NCBI GenBank assembly: GCA_043739185.1 | Contig: JAYUEN010000431.1 | Coordinates: forward strand, 1-32,455 | Length of the DNA: 32,455 nucleotides | Direction: 5' to 3' | Source: Bdellovibrionales bacterium | GTDB lineage: Bacteria; Bdellovibrionota; Bdellovibrionia; Bdellovibrionales; JAMPXM01 | Part shown: positions 1-8,938 of the stretch, piece after piece | How the letters are laid out: each line of letters begins with the position of its first letter | Numbering within the stretch: position 1 is the stretch's first letter | Translations under genes and position numbers: made by a program | Notes under the pieces: model-generated | What the model saw: the letters and a program-made list of their open reading frames with translations, nothing else | Databases searched by the model: none | Told to the model about the DNA's origin: nothing

Positions 1-85
1 GAAGCCTTTTGATTTCGACATATATTTAGAATCTATTCACGCTTTTATTGAAAAGGGAAATTGTCTTCCGGTATTTAAACACTAA
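1..85 (+). CDS. C-terminal fragment of a response-regulator receiver (REC) protein, 5'-truncated by the window edge
   Basis: Frame starting at nt 2 reads KPFDFDIYLESIHAFIEKGNCLPVFKH* (TAA 83-85). KPF is the conserved REC beta5-alpha5 motif. It lies directly upstream of a hybrid kinase and is too short for the ORF track. Confidence 0.6.
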   Translation, partial: KPFDFDIYLESIHAFIEKGNCLPVFKH

Positions 86-146
86 GAACGGTCAGAGGAT
101 GCAAACTTAGTCGATTTGCTTGCCTGCCCTGAATTGCGGAGTCGGC

Positions 147-3100
147 ATGGCAAAGAAAAAAAAAATCAAAAGACCAGAAGACATTAAGAAGCTTACGCTG
201 CCCAAAACCAATCACAAAAAAAATGATACCGGCAACAAATCCGCCAAAAGCCTAAAGGAGTTCCCGGCGAGCGAGCTTATTGGTTCTAGTTCCCGCTTTC
301 CAATAGTGGGGATTGGTGCTTCGGCTGGTGGCTTAGAAGCATTTACCGATTTACTTGAGGCTCTACCTAATGACACCGGCATGGCATTTGTTTTTGTTCA
401 GCATTTGGACCCCTCACACCATAGCATGGCACCAGAAATTTTATCTCGTTCTACTAAAATGCGCGTTCAAGAAGTTACAGATGGTATGCAGGTTCTACCC
501 AACAACATCTATTTAAATCCGCCCAATTACTGCATTTCGATTTTGAATGGTCATTTAAGTCTTCTTCCACGCATTGAGACTCGAGGCCAGCATTTGACTA
601 TTGATTTTTTCTTTTTATCGCTCGCGAAGGACCAACAAAGACGGGCTATTGGAGTGGTTCTTTCTGGAGCTGCATCTGACGGAACTCTCGGACTTAAAAA
701 TATTAAGGACGAAGGCGGCCTGGCAATTGCGCAAGACCCAAAATCTGCAAAATACGACGGTATGCCTAAAGGCGCTATCGCGTCGGGAGTTATAGATTTG
801 ATATTGCCCCCAAAAGGCATCGCGCAGGAGCTTACAAGAATATCAAAGCATCCGTATATCGCCGCCGCTTGTGAGACCAACGGCTTAGGACAAATTGAAC
901 GCAGCGGTTTGAAGGACGAGCATGAAGATCAGGACAAACTTAATAGCAATTTAGACGTTGATCTTCGAAAAATTTTTGCTTTATTACACTCACAAACAAA
1001 GATTGATTTTTCAAATTATAAGCACACCACTCTAAAAAGACGTATTCAAAGACGGATGATGGTGCGAAAAATAGAGGGCCTAAACTCCTACGCCAAATTT
1101 CTTCAAAGTAATCCGACCGAAATAAAAGCCCTTTATGCCGATATGCTCATCAATGTAACTGAATTTTTTCGCGATCCTGATTCATTTGAGACATTGAAGA
1201 ATTCAGTATTCCCACAGCTCATGAAGAAAAGGACTCCCGACGCTGCTATCCGTATTTGGGTGCCGGGCTGTTCGACTGGAGAAGAAGTTTATTCTATTGC
1301 TATTTTACTTCTCGAGTTTATGGGAGATGCTGGTGCTAAGATTCCAATTCAGATTTTTGCGACAGACATAAGTGAGTCGACTATAAAAAAAGCAAGAGCC
1401 GGAGTCTATGCCGAGGGTATTGAGCGGAGTGTAAGCAAAGAGCGGCTCAACAGATTCTTTGACAAGGTAAATGGCGGATTTAAAATTAATAAATCGATTC
1501 GAGATTTATGTCTGTTTTCAAAACACGATGTCACAAGTGATCCGCCATTTTCAAAACTCGATCTTGTCTCCTGTCGGAATGTCTTGATCTACTTTGCTGC
1601 CATTTTACAAAAACGTGTCATTCCGGTCTTTCACTACTCGCTCAATCACGACGGCTTTCTTTTTATGGGCAGAGCTGATAGCCCAGGCGGCACCTCAAAG
1701 CTATTTACGCTCGTAGATAAAACACACAAAATTTATTCTAAGATTAACGTTCCAACACCTATGACTTTTCGATTCCCTTTGAGTGCATACGTGCCTGAGG
1801 CACAGGACGTAACTACGAAGATCCCCGAACCAGCCAGGAGTAAAAGTGATTTTCAGAGCGATGCGGATCGAATCTCTCTCCTCAAATACGCCCCGCCCTC
1901 GGTGGTCGTAAACTCTGATCTTGAAATTTTGCAGTTTCGAGGCAGAACGGTTCCTTTTCTTGAACCGGCATCGGGACTTCCGAGTTCGAACATACTCAAG
2001 ATGGCAAGAGAGGAACTGCTGCATGGTCTTCGCATGACGATCCAGGCGGCTACTAAACAAAACTTGCAAGCCAGGCAAGAGGGTTTAGCATTTGTTGTGG
2101 ATGGCAAGCAAAGATACGTCAATATCGAAGTGATCCCGGCCAATCCTTTGGCGCCACCAAATCAGCGTAATTTAGTGATTTTTTTTGAAGAAGTGGCGTC
2201 AATTACTCCAATACCCAAGCAGAAGGCTACTCTTGGCGGTAAAGTTGGGGCCAAAAAAGGGCAAGAAAAAAATATTCGTATTCAGCAAAGTCAGCGGATC
2301 AACCAGCTTGAGCAAGATGCCCTAGCCAATAAGCAGTATCAGCAGTCAATGGCTGAAGAATTTGAAGCCGCAAAAGAGGAACTCACTGCTGCCAATGAGG
2401 AATTACAAAGCACCAACGAAGAACTTCAAAGCACCAATGAAGAAATGGAAACCGCGAAGGAGGAAATTCAATCCTCCAACGAAGAGTTGACGACGGTAAA
2501 TGATGAACTACAAAATCGCAATTCAGAGCTGGCACTTTTCAGCAGCGACTTAAATAATGTGCTGAGTAGTGTAGAAATTCCTATCTTAATCGTTGGCAGT
2601 GATCATCGCATCAGAAGATTTACCCCCAAAGCCGAAAAATTCTTCAAATTAATACCTAGCGATGTCGGTCGCCCCATTGGTGATATTAAAACTGAGTTTG
2701 ATCTGGATCTAGATTTGGATGACTTGATACGCGAGGTTGGTGAATCGCTGCGTCCTCAAGAAAAGGAAATCAAAGATCGACAAGATCGCTGGGTCAGGCT
2801 TCAAATTCGACCCTATAAAACAGTCGACAATCGAATTGACGGTGCTGTGATCACATTGATGGATATTGAAGCGCTCAAAAAGCAAGTCGCAGCTTCTAAA
2901 AGGGCCCAAGATTATCATACTTCTGTGGCGGAGACAGTACAGCTCCCTCTTGCAGTCCTAGATGTTCAGTTGCGCCTCCTATCCGCGAACAGTGCTTTCT
3001 GGGAACATTTTAAGCTTTCTCAACAATTCACCGGAAGAGATTGCTTTGCAATTCTAGAAATGCAAAGCGACTCCGCGCACTTGATGCGCAAGCTACTTAC

Positions 3101-5066
3101 TGAAAATTTGAGTTTAAATGAGAAAGTACGGTCCGTTGAGATGGATTGCGAGTTCACTCAACTTGGGCATCGCAGCTTGCTCATATCGGCGAGTTTTATC
3201 GATTGGATAGGAGAGATGGCTCAGGGGGCTCAGGGGGCTCAGGGGGCTCAAGAGCCCAAAGCAATTCTCCTTAGTCTTGAAGACATCACTGAACGCAAAC
3301 GAATAGAAATAGATTTGGCGCGCGAAACGAAAATCGTTCGGCTATTTGAATCCGTAACGACGGCAGCAAATGAGGCAACAAGCTTTGATAGTGCCTTACA
3401 AATATTTCTTGATCGAATATGTGTCCATACTAAATGGCCAGTGGGATATGCATTTTTACTCTCAAATGATGGCTCCAGTGAGTTCCGTCCATCCAATGTG
3501 TGGCACCTTGATGATCCTAAAAGGTTTGCCCGCTTTAGAGAGGCGACTGAACTTTCAAAGCTCGCTCCGGGAGATGGCTTAGCAGGGAAAGTCTCAGCTA
3601 ATGGCAAACCAGTTTTTATTTTAGACCTTATACATGATTCGGCATTTACGAAAGCAAAACTCATCGAAGAAACAGGTGTTAAATCTGCAATTGGTTTTCC
3701 TGTTTTTGTTGGCGGATCGATCGTTGCGGTCCTTAAGTTTCTTTCTGAAGAAACAAAAGAACCGGACCAGAGATTGATCCAAGTCATCACTCACGTTATT
3801 CCGCAACTTAGCCGAGTTTTTGAGCGCAAGCTATCAGAAGAGGCGACGATGCAACGCTTTGGAAAAGAGCAAGAGGCCCGCGCCAACGCTGAAGACGCAA
3901 ATCAGACGAAAGACGAATTCTTAGCGACCCTTTCTCATGAGCTTCGAACGCCACTCACCTCAATTCTTTCGTGGTCGCAACTTATTCAAAAACAGAAATT
4001 CGATCCCGAGAAAATCAAACATGGAATTAAGATGATCGAGCAGTCTGCTAAAATGCAGGGCCAGCTAATTGATGATCTACTAGACGTCAATCGGATTCGA
4101 TCCGGCAAACTTTCCTTTAACTTCGCTCAAATCAATCCAAGCGAACCTGTAATTTTATCCGTAGAAGCTGTTCGTGCCTTGGCTGAAAGTAGGCAGATAC
4201 TTATTGAATTAGAAATAAAAATCCAATCAGAAAAGATCTGGGCTGACGGTGAACGTCTTCAACAAGTTGTATGGAACTTACTAACTAACGCCATAAAATT
4301 TTCCTCCAAGGGCGGCGTAATACGTGTTTTGGTTGAACCTGTCGAGGAAAGTGGCGAACAATTTGCAATGATCAGAGTTAGCGATCAGGGAAAAGGAATT
4401 AGTCCTGAGTTCGTGCCAAGGCTTTTTGAGCGTTTTAGTCAGGCCGATAGTAGCTCTATAAGAGTTCACGGAGGCCTTGGTTTGGGACTAGCGATTGTTC
4501 GTGATTTGATTCAGTTACAAGGCGGCAAGGTTCGAGCTGAGAGTGACGGAGTAGGCAAAGGCGCGACATTTACCGTTTTACTTCCTAGCAAGTCAGGACC
4601 CGTTGGTATGACGAGTGAAACAAACTCGCCGTTAGAAACAAAACCGCGAGAAAATGTTGAATCGGCTGACCTCGCTGGTTTATGCGTAATGGTTGTTGAT
4701 GATAATCAAAGTACGCTTGAGGTCTTGCGTGAAGCTCTACATTCTTTCGGCGCAAAAACATTTCCTTGCCATACGGTGCTCGAGGCACTTGAAGCTTTTG
4801 AAAGTTTCAAACCGGACGTTTTGATAAGCGATATTTCTATGCCGGTAGAAGATGGCTATAGCCTGATTCGAAAGATTAGAAGTCTTGGATCTGAACGCCG
4901 TGGCGATATTCCTTCCTTAGCGCTTACGGCGTATGCAACAAAAGGAGATATCAAAAGAGCTTTGTCTGCTGGCTTTGATTCACACATGGCGAAGCCGTTT
5001 GATACATTCCGTCTTGGTCGAGCGGTTGCTGAACTTGCTAAAAATACCAAAGTTAAACCTTCATGA
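147..5066 (+). CDS. CheB-CheR-PAS-coiled coil-PAS-GAF-HisKA-HATPase-REC hybrid sensor kinase (CheB/CheR fusion type)
   Basis: CheB motifs GIGASAGG, VQHLDP and SGAASDG. CheR motifs INVTEFFRD, WVPGCSTGEE and SCRNVLIY. EELQSTNEE heptads. H-box FLATLSHELRTPL, N-box NLLTNAIKF, G boxes DQGKGI and GGLGLGL. C-terminal REC (VVDD, ISDISMP, KPF). Start moved from TTG 120 to ATG 147, which follows GGAG. Confidence 0.93.
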   Translation: MAKKKKIKRPEDIKKLTLPKTNHKKNDTGNKSAKSLKEFPASELIGSSSRFPIVGIGASAGGLEAFTDLLEALPNDTGMAFVFVQHLDPSHHSMAPEILSRSTKMRVQEVTDGMQVLPNNIYLNPPNYCISILNGHLSLLPRIETRGQHLTIDFFFLSLAKDQQRRAIGVVLSGAASDGTLGLKNIKDEGGLAIAQDPKSAKYDGMPKGAIASGVIDLILPPKGIAQELTRISKHPYIAAACETNGLGQIERSGLKDEHEDQDKLNSNLDVDLRKIFALLHSQTKIDFSNYKHTTLKRRIQRRMMVRKIEGLNSYAKFLQSNPTEIKALYADMLINVTEFFRDPDSFETLKNSVFPQLMKKRTPDAAIRIWVPGCSTGEEVYSIAILLLEFMGDAGAKIPIQIFATDISESTIKKARAGVYAEGIERSVSKERLNRFFDKVNGGFKINKSIRDLCLFSKHDVTSDPPFSKLDLVSCRNVLIYFAAILQKRVIPVFHYSLNHDGFLFMGRADSPGGTSKLFTLVDKTHKIYSKINVPTPMTFRFPLSAYVPEAQDVTTKIPEPARSKSDFQSDADRISLLKYAPPSVVVNSDLEILQFRGRTVPFLEPASGLPSSNILKMAREELLHGLRMTIQAATKQNLQARQEGLAFVVDGKQRYVNIEVIPANPLAPPNQRNLVIFFEEVASITPIPKQKATLGGKVGAKKGQEKNIRIQQSQRINQLEQDALANKQYQQSMAEEFEAAKEELTAANEELQSTNEELQSTNEEMETAKEEIQSSNEELTTVNDELQNRNSELALFSSDLNNVLSSVEIPILIVGSDHRIRRFTPKAEKFFKLIPSDVGRPIGDIKTEFDLDLDLDDLIREVGESLRPQEKEIKDRQDRWVRLQIRPYKTVDNRIDGAVITLMDIEALKKQVAASKRAQDYHTSVAETVQLPLAVLDVQLRLLSANSAFWEHFKLSQQFTGRDCFAILEMQSDSAHLMRKLLTENLSLNEKVRSVEMDCEFTQLGHRSLLISASFIDWIGEMAQGAQGAQGAQEPKAILLSLEDITERKRIEIDLARETKIVRLFESVTTAANEATSFDSALQIFLDRICVHTKWPVGYAFLLSNDGSSEFRPSNVWHLDDPKRFARFREATELSKLAPGDGLAGKVSANGKPVFILDLIHDSAFTKAKLIEETGVKSAIGFPVFVGGSIVAVLKFLSEETKEPDQRLIQVITHVIPQLSRVFERKLSEEATMQRFGKEQEARANAEDANQTKDEFLATLSHELRTPLTSILSWSQLIQKQKFDPEKIKHGIKMIEQSAKMQGQLIDDLLDVNRIRSGKLSFNFAQINPSEPVILSVEAVRALAESRQILIELEIKIQSEKIWADGERLQQVVWNLLTNAIKFSSKGGVIRVLVEPVEESGEQFAMIRVSDQGKGISPEFVPRLFERFSQADSSSIRVHGGLGLGLAIVRDLIQLQGGKVRAESDGVGKGATFTVLLPSKSGPVGMTSETNSPLETKPRENVESADLAGLCVMVVDDNQSTLEVLREALHSFGAKTFPCHTVLEALEAFESFKPDVLISDISMPVEDGYSLIRKIRSLGSERRGDIPSLALTAYATKGDIKRALSAGFDSHMAKPFDTFRLGRAVAELAKNTKVKPS
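3218..3250 (+). repeat. In-frame 9-bp tandem repeat (GGCTCAGGG)x3.7 encoding AQGAQGAQGAQ
   Basis: Perfect nucleotide-level repeat seen directly in the sequence. Confidence 0.95.
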
Positions 5067-5647
5067 AAAAAAGCTTCCCCAACTTCGTTGTCGGCATCGG
5101 TGGTTCAGCGGGAGGTCTCAAGGCCTATACGGCCCTACTTGAGGCCCTGCCATCCAATACTGGCATGGCCTTTGTCTTCATCGCTCACCTTAGCCCTACC
5201 GGCAAAAATCTGTTACCTCACATCTTATCACAGTCAACGAATATGCCGGCGATTCAAGCCACGGACGGTATGCCTATTCAGGCAAATCATATCTACGTGA
5301 TTGCCCCGAATACAAATCTTCTTATGAAAAACCTCAACTTTGAAGTTGTCTCACCCCGCACCCTGAGCAATGGGCGGCACAAACAGGTCGATTTTTTTCT
5401 AATTTCTCTGGCCGAGACAATGGGAGCACGAGCAATTGGAATTATTCTTTCTGGCGGCGATGGCGATGGCACCGAAGGATGCAAATTTATTAAGGCCAGA
5501 GGAGGAAAAACCTTTGCACAAGATTTCTCCGCAGATGTTGAATCCATGCCTCTTCATGCTCAAGCTTCAGGTTGTGTTGATCTCGTTTTATCACCGGACA
5601 AAATTTCAGTTGAACTTACCAAGATTAGTAGCCACTTGGCTCATTGA
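5063..5647 (+). CDS. cheB: Stand-alone CheB-type protein-glutamate methylesterase (no REC domain)
   Basis: Ser-His-Asp triad motifs GGSAGG, AHLSP and SGGDGDG, plus SMP. ATGA overlap with the kinase stop codon. Confidence 0.9.
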   Translation: MKKSFPNFVVGIGGSAGGLKAYTALLEALPSNTGMAFVFIAHLSPTGKNLLPHILSQSTNMPAIQATDGMPIQANHIYVIAPNTNLLMKNLNFEVVSPRTLSNGRHKQVDFFLISLAETMGARAIGIILSGGDGDGTEGCKFIKARGGKTFAQDFSADVESMPLHAQASGCVDLVLSPDKISVELTKISSHLAH

Positions 5648-5734
5648 AATGAGTATGCTCTTCCCGAAGCATTCAGACTCACTTAAATCAAATGTAAATT
5701 TTTAATGCGCCCAACTGATTTATTGAAAGTGACT

Positions 5735-6379
5735 TCAGTTTAAAAATGCTTCAAAACCTAAATCTCTTTGACGCTTTTCAAAGTATGGAGCTTCGTATTT
5801 GTAATTTGCAGATACAAAATCCCAATTCAGAACACGCCAAAATTTGTCTAAATATTTAGGCTTGTCATTTTGATAATCTAGGTAGTAAGCATGCTCCCAG
5901 AGGTCGCATACCATGATTGGCGACATTTCGTACACCAAGGGATTGTCTGCATTGGCCAAAGCCTCGATTGCAAGTTCTCCATCTGAGTTTTGCACGAGCC
6001 AGACCCAACCTGATCCAAAAAGCTCTACTGCACTTTTACTAAATTTAGCTTTGAAGTCGTCTAGAGAGCCAAACTTTTCAACAATTGCTGCACGCAGTTC
6101 ACGCGAAGCTTGAGTCTTATCAGGGCTTAAGCATTTCCAGAAGAAAGCGTGATTAAAGGCTTGAGCCGCATTGTGAAAAATAGCTTCGTTCTTTTGAAAG
6201 GTCCTAATGAGCACCTCTTTTAAATCTAGTTTTTCAAATTCAGTTCCTTTGACGAGCTCATTTAAAGTCGAAACATATTTCTTATAATGCTTCAGATAAT
6301 GAGTTTCGAGTGCTTTTTTAGAAATATCTGGCTCTAAGCTATCGGTATCAAACGCTAACTTTTCAATTTCAAATGCCAT
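5735..6379 (-). CDS. sodB: Superoxide dismutase, Fe-type
   Basis: HYLKH..YV, AAQAFNHAFFW (the AAQ signature indicates Fe-SOD), FGSGWVW and DLWEHAYY. Start reassigned to ATG 6379 after GGAGAA; the longer ORF runs through the repeat element. Confidence 0.92.
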   Translation of the reverse strand: MAFEIEKLAFDTDSLEPDISKKALETHYLKHYKKYVSTLNELVKGTEFEKLDLKEVLIRTFQKNEAIFHNAAQAFNHAFFWKCLSPDKTQASRELRAAIVEKFGSLDDFKAKFSKSAVELFGSGWVWLVQNSDGELAIEALANADNPLVYEMSPIMVCDLWEHAYYLDYQNDKPKYLDKFWRVLNWDFVSANYKYEAPYFEKRQRDLGFEAFLN

Positions 6380-6416
6380 ATTTTCTCCAAATATAAATGT
6401 TTTCTTTTGAATTTCA

Positions 6417-6539
6417 TAGATGAGTCCAAAATTAATGCGACCGAGGCGTTCGAGGAGGAGGCGCGGAGACCTACTACTTGTAGGCCGCACAAGCCGACAG
6501 CTAAAGCACTGAAGGTCCCATTAATTTTGGACTCATCTA
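6417..6539. mobile_element. 123-bp MITE/REP-like element with 26-bp terminal inverted repeats
   Basis: TAGATGAGTCCAAAATTAATGCGACC ... GGTCCCATTAATTTTGGACTCATCTA match at 25/26, with the outer 21 bp perfect. TA at both ends, GC-rich core, internal CCTAC-N5-GTAGG hairpin, no transposase. Confidence 0.75.
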
Positions 6540-6542
6540 AAC

Positions 6543-7208
6543 TTATAGGTTGAGGGCTAGACCCAACGCCGCACTTAAATCTGAACGATACAAGCTAACC
6601 GCATTCATTACGCTATCAATTGATCGACTGTAGTCGACCTCTATCAATAAATCAGTTGAAGTACTGAGATTGAATTTAAATCCTCCCCCTACCAAAAAAT
6701 CTGTTTCCCAAGACTTTGCACCTATTTGTGTTGTGGGTGTTGAATACATTGTATTGTCTGAAATTAAAGTTGAACCCATAACTCCTGCTTTAATGAAAAC
6801 CGAAGTCGATTCTTGGCCATTAAAATAGTATTTTAAGTCAAGAGGGACACTGATATAATTTGCCGTAAAGTCATTTTCACTCAAGCCATTATTATAAGTC
6901 GTGCCGAACTGTCGGTATAGGGCCCCAGTCTCAAGAACCATTCCGCCGTTTCCTAAGAGATCAAAGAGAATCCCGGCGCTGTAGCCATTGGGTCTTGAGT
7001 AACGCGAACTATGATCACCTTCATAACCTGCGTTAGCAAACGACCCCTCAAATATGATGCGCCTGAAAAATCGCTCTTCGGAACGATTTGGATTGGATAC
7101 ACTTGTCTGACTACTAGCACCCGGTTCATCTGCAAAGAGCTTGGGCGCAAGGCAGATTGAGAAAACGATACTTAAAAAAATTGGGCCGAACTTAGAATAA
7201 TTTTTCAT
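6543..7208 (-). CDS. Outer-membrane beta-barrel protein (OMP_b-brl_2/PorT-like)
   Basis: Signal peptide, alternating amphipathic strands, YISVPLDLKYYF motif, C-terminal strand ALGLALNL. Confidence 0.7.
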   Translation of the reverse strand: MKNYSKFGPIFLSIVFSICLAPKLFADEPGASSQTSVSNPNRSEERFFRRIIFEGSFANAGYEGDHSSRYSRPNGYSAGILFDLLGNGGMVLETGALYRQFGTTYNNGLSENDFTANYISVPLDLKYYFNGQESTSVFIKAGVMGSTLISDNTMYSTPTTQIGAKSWETDFLVGGGFKFNLSTSTDLLIEVDYSRSIDSVMNAVSLYRSDLSAALGLALNL

Positions 7209-7477
7209 AGTTTGCCCAATCTTTTTCCTGATTTGTATGAGCCAGAAAACAATCCGACGAGCATCAGAAAAACCACGGCACCAATCACCGACATTACAAA
7301 AGAGCCCCAGAATCCATAGGCGGTAACGCCCAAAATACTAAATACAAAGCCACCGACAAAAGCGCCAATGATACCGACTATTAAATCAGTAACAACGCCC
7401 ATCCCGTGACCTTCAACTAGTATTCCTGAGAGCCAACCAGTCAGTATCCCAATCATCAAAAACGCTAGAATGTTCAT
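7205..7477 (-). CDS. GlsB/YeaQ/YmgE family (transglycosylase-associated) stress membrane protein
   Basis: Gly-rich three-TM protein with IVGIIGAFVGG and SVIGAVVFL. RBS AGGAG. Confidence 0.9.
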   Translation of the reverse strand: MNILAFLMIGILTGWLSGILVEGHGMGVVTDLIVGIIGAFVGGFVFSILGVTAYGFWGSFVMSVIGAVVFLMLVGLFSGSYKSGKRLGKL

Positions 7478-7534
7478 AAATTCTCCTTTTAAAAATTTTT
7501 AAATCGATTTGAAATTCAACTCAAAAGCTTAGAT

Positions 7535-7550
7535 TGCAACAATTCAGCCG
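7535..7550 (-). promoter_or_regulatory. Predicted sigma-54 promoter CGGCTGAATTGTTGCA for ymgE-like/OMP/sodB
   Basis: GG-N10-GC with TTGCA, 58 nt before ATG 7477. Confidence 0.7.
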
Positions 7551-7587
7551 TTAACAGCTCAAGACTCAACGCCTTTGAGCTAAATCC

Positions 7588-7839
7588 TTAAGGCGATTTG
7601 TCTCTACTTGGGGCATGTATAGCCCGACCAGCTGTTCTCATGCGAAATCGAGAGTGACTCTTTTGTGGCGGAGGAGCCGCTTCGGTAGTCTGATTGTCCC
7701 CGGCAACTACCACTCCCTGCGTAGAAAAAGAAACGCCGTCTAGGTCATAATGATCATCGACATCTCGTGAAGAGATTTTTTTTGAACTTAGATGATTGCG
7801 CCAACTCATAAACATTTTTTTGAAATCAACTCTGTTCAT
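7588..7839 (-). CDS. Small hypothetical hydrophilic protein
   Basis: ORF directly downstream of dps on the same strand. GAGGA RBS before ATG 7839. Confidence 0.55.
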   Translation of the reverse strand: MNRVDFKKMFMSWRNHLSSKKISSRDVDDHYDLDGVSFSTQGVVVAGDNQTTEAAPPPQKSHSRFRMRTAGRAIHAPSRDKSP

Positions 7840-7890
7840 CACTAAATTCCTCATTAAAACAAACAATTTTATTAAGCAAATTTCTTGAAA

Positions 7891-8373
7891 CTACTTTTTT
7901 GCTTGCAGATGGGCTTCGACAAACCACAAATATTTGTCTAAGCCCCTTGAGATTTCAGTTAAGATATCAGCTGAATCAGCATCGCTCACTTCAATGCAAG
8001 ATTGAATAGCCTTACGAACTTGTGCACCTGCGCCACTCAAGGTATCAGAAAGATATTCAATATGGGCATGCCCATCGCTGATAACCACGGGATATTCCTT
8101 TAGACATGATTTCTTTGTAACAAACTGTGCGGTTCCTTCGGCAATTCCACCAAGCTGTACAACTCTTTCGGCAAGCAGGTCAGTATACTCACCAAAACTC
8201 TGGTAAATTTGATCGAAGAGTTCATGAAGGGCAATAAAATTAGGACCTTTGACATTCCAATGAGCTTGTTTTGAATTCAGAACTCCATCTAAACAAGTTG
8301 CCAAACAAGCGTTGAGAAGCTCGATAACTGGCACGCGACTCGCAACCGGAATACTATTTTTAGTTTGATACAT
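7891..8373 (-). CDS. dps: DNA protection during starvation protein Dps
   Basis: HWNVKGPNFIALHELFD, DLLAERVVQLGG and DKYLWF. RBS AAGGAG. Confidence 0.96.
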   Translation of the reverse strand: MYQTKNSIPVASRVPVIELLNACLATCLDGVLNSKQAHWNVKGPNFIALHELFDQIYQSFGEYTDLLAERVVQLGGIAEGTAQFVTKKSCLKEYPVVISDGHAHIEYLSDTLSGAGAQVRKAIQSCIEVSDADSADILTEISRGLDKYLWFVEAHLQAKK

Positions 8374-8401
8374 TTTTTCTCCTTATTTCGAATACTGTTT
8401 C

Positions 8402-8629
8402 TTAAAATTGAGCTTGCTGGCGCATCCGACTGTCTCTGCGACTTGCTTGACATACGCGATTTACAAGTCGTGCAATTTCGTTATCAATTTCGCTTGTTGC
8501 GCGGTCTGCGAGGTCACCCTGACACTCGGGAATTCTCTCTTCAACTCGATGAGAAGTGTTCTCAAAGAAGCTTTGGTTCTTTTTAATTTCAAATGGCGAT
8601 CCGAGTTTTTTAAGTTTACTAATTTTCAT
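8402..8629 (-). CDS. Small hypothetical protein, first gene of the dps operon
   Basis: GGAAGGA RBS. Lies between a sigma-54 site and dps. Confidence 0.55.
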   Translation of the reverse strand: MKISKLKKLGSPFEIKKNQSFFENTSHRVEERIPECQGDLADRATSEIDNEIARLVNRVCQASRRDSRMRQQAQF

Positions 8630-8681
8630 AAATCCTTCCGATCTTGTTTACTTTAATTGAGATCTCTCAGGATTTTGTAAG

Positions 8682-8697
8682 AGCAAGTATTTAGCCA
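8682..8697 (-). promoter_or_regulatory. Predicted sigma-54 promoter TGGCTAAATACTTGCT for the dps operon
   Basis: TGGC-N7-TTGCT, 53 nt before ATG 8629. Confidence 0.78.
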
Positions 8698-8874
8698 TTT
8701 GAAAAAAAGCATTCAATTCGTCTGAATTGGGCCACTTAACTGATCCCAATGATTTTGGTGTCGTACCATTTGAGCCCGATTGTAGGAACTTTCGACCCAT
8801 TTGAAACAATACGAACCCCCCTGCATAAAATTGCGAAATGGCAGTTCAAGGCATTTCTTAAACTAAGAATAAAT

Positions 8875-8890
8875 GGGTACATTCGTTGCA
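8875..8890 (+). promoter_or_regulatory. Predicted sigma-54 promoter GGGTACATTCGTTGCA (divergent partner of the 8682 site)
   Basis: GG-N10-GC with TTGCA, 49 nt before ATG 8939. Confidence 0.68.
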
Positions 8891-8938
8891 CTCGATTCGC
8901 ATACTAGAGTCTCAATACTTTTAAAAAAGGAAAATTAT

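Noticed and set aside
89..103. CGGTCAGAGGATGCA as a sigma-54 promoter for the kinase
   Set aside because: The GG-GC spacing is 9 nt rather than the strict 10.
2355..2525. Repeated GAAGAA/ACCAATGAA units as a DNA repeat or CRISPR-like array
   Set aside because: These are degenerate codons of the EELQSTN heptads typical of CheB/CheR fusions. There is no repeat-spacer structure and no cas genes.
6380..6490. 37-aa N-terminal extension of SOD in the ORF track
   Set aside because: It is read through the inverted-repeat element. A good RBS precedes ATG 6379, where SOD homology begins.
7556..7581. AGCTCAA-N12-TTGAGCT inverted repeat as the dps-operon terminator
   Set aside because: Short stem, large loop and no U-tract, so too weak to call.
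8873..8938. Upstream ATG for the beta-barrel gene
   Set aside because: It overlaps the predicted promoter. The RBS and signal peptide fit ATG 8939.
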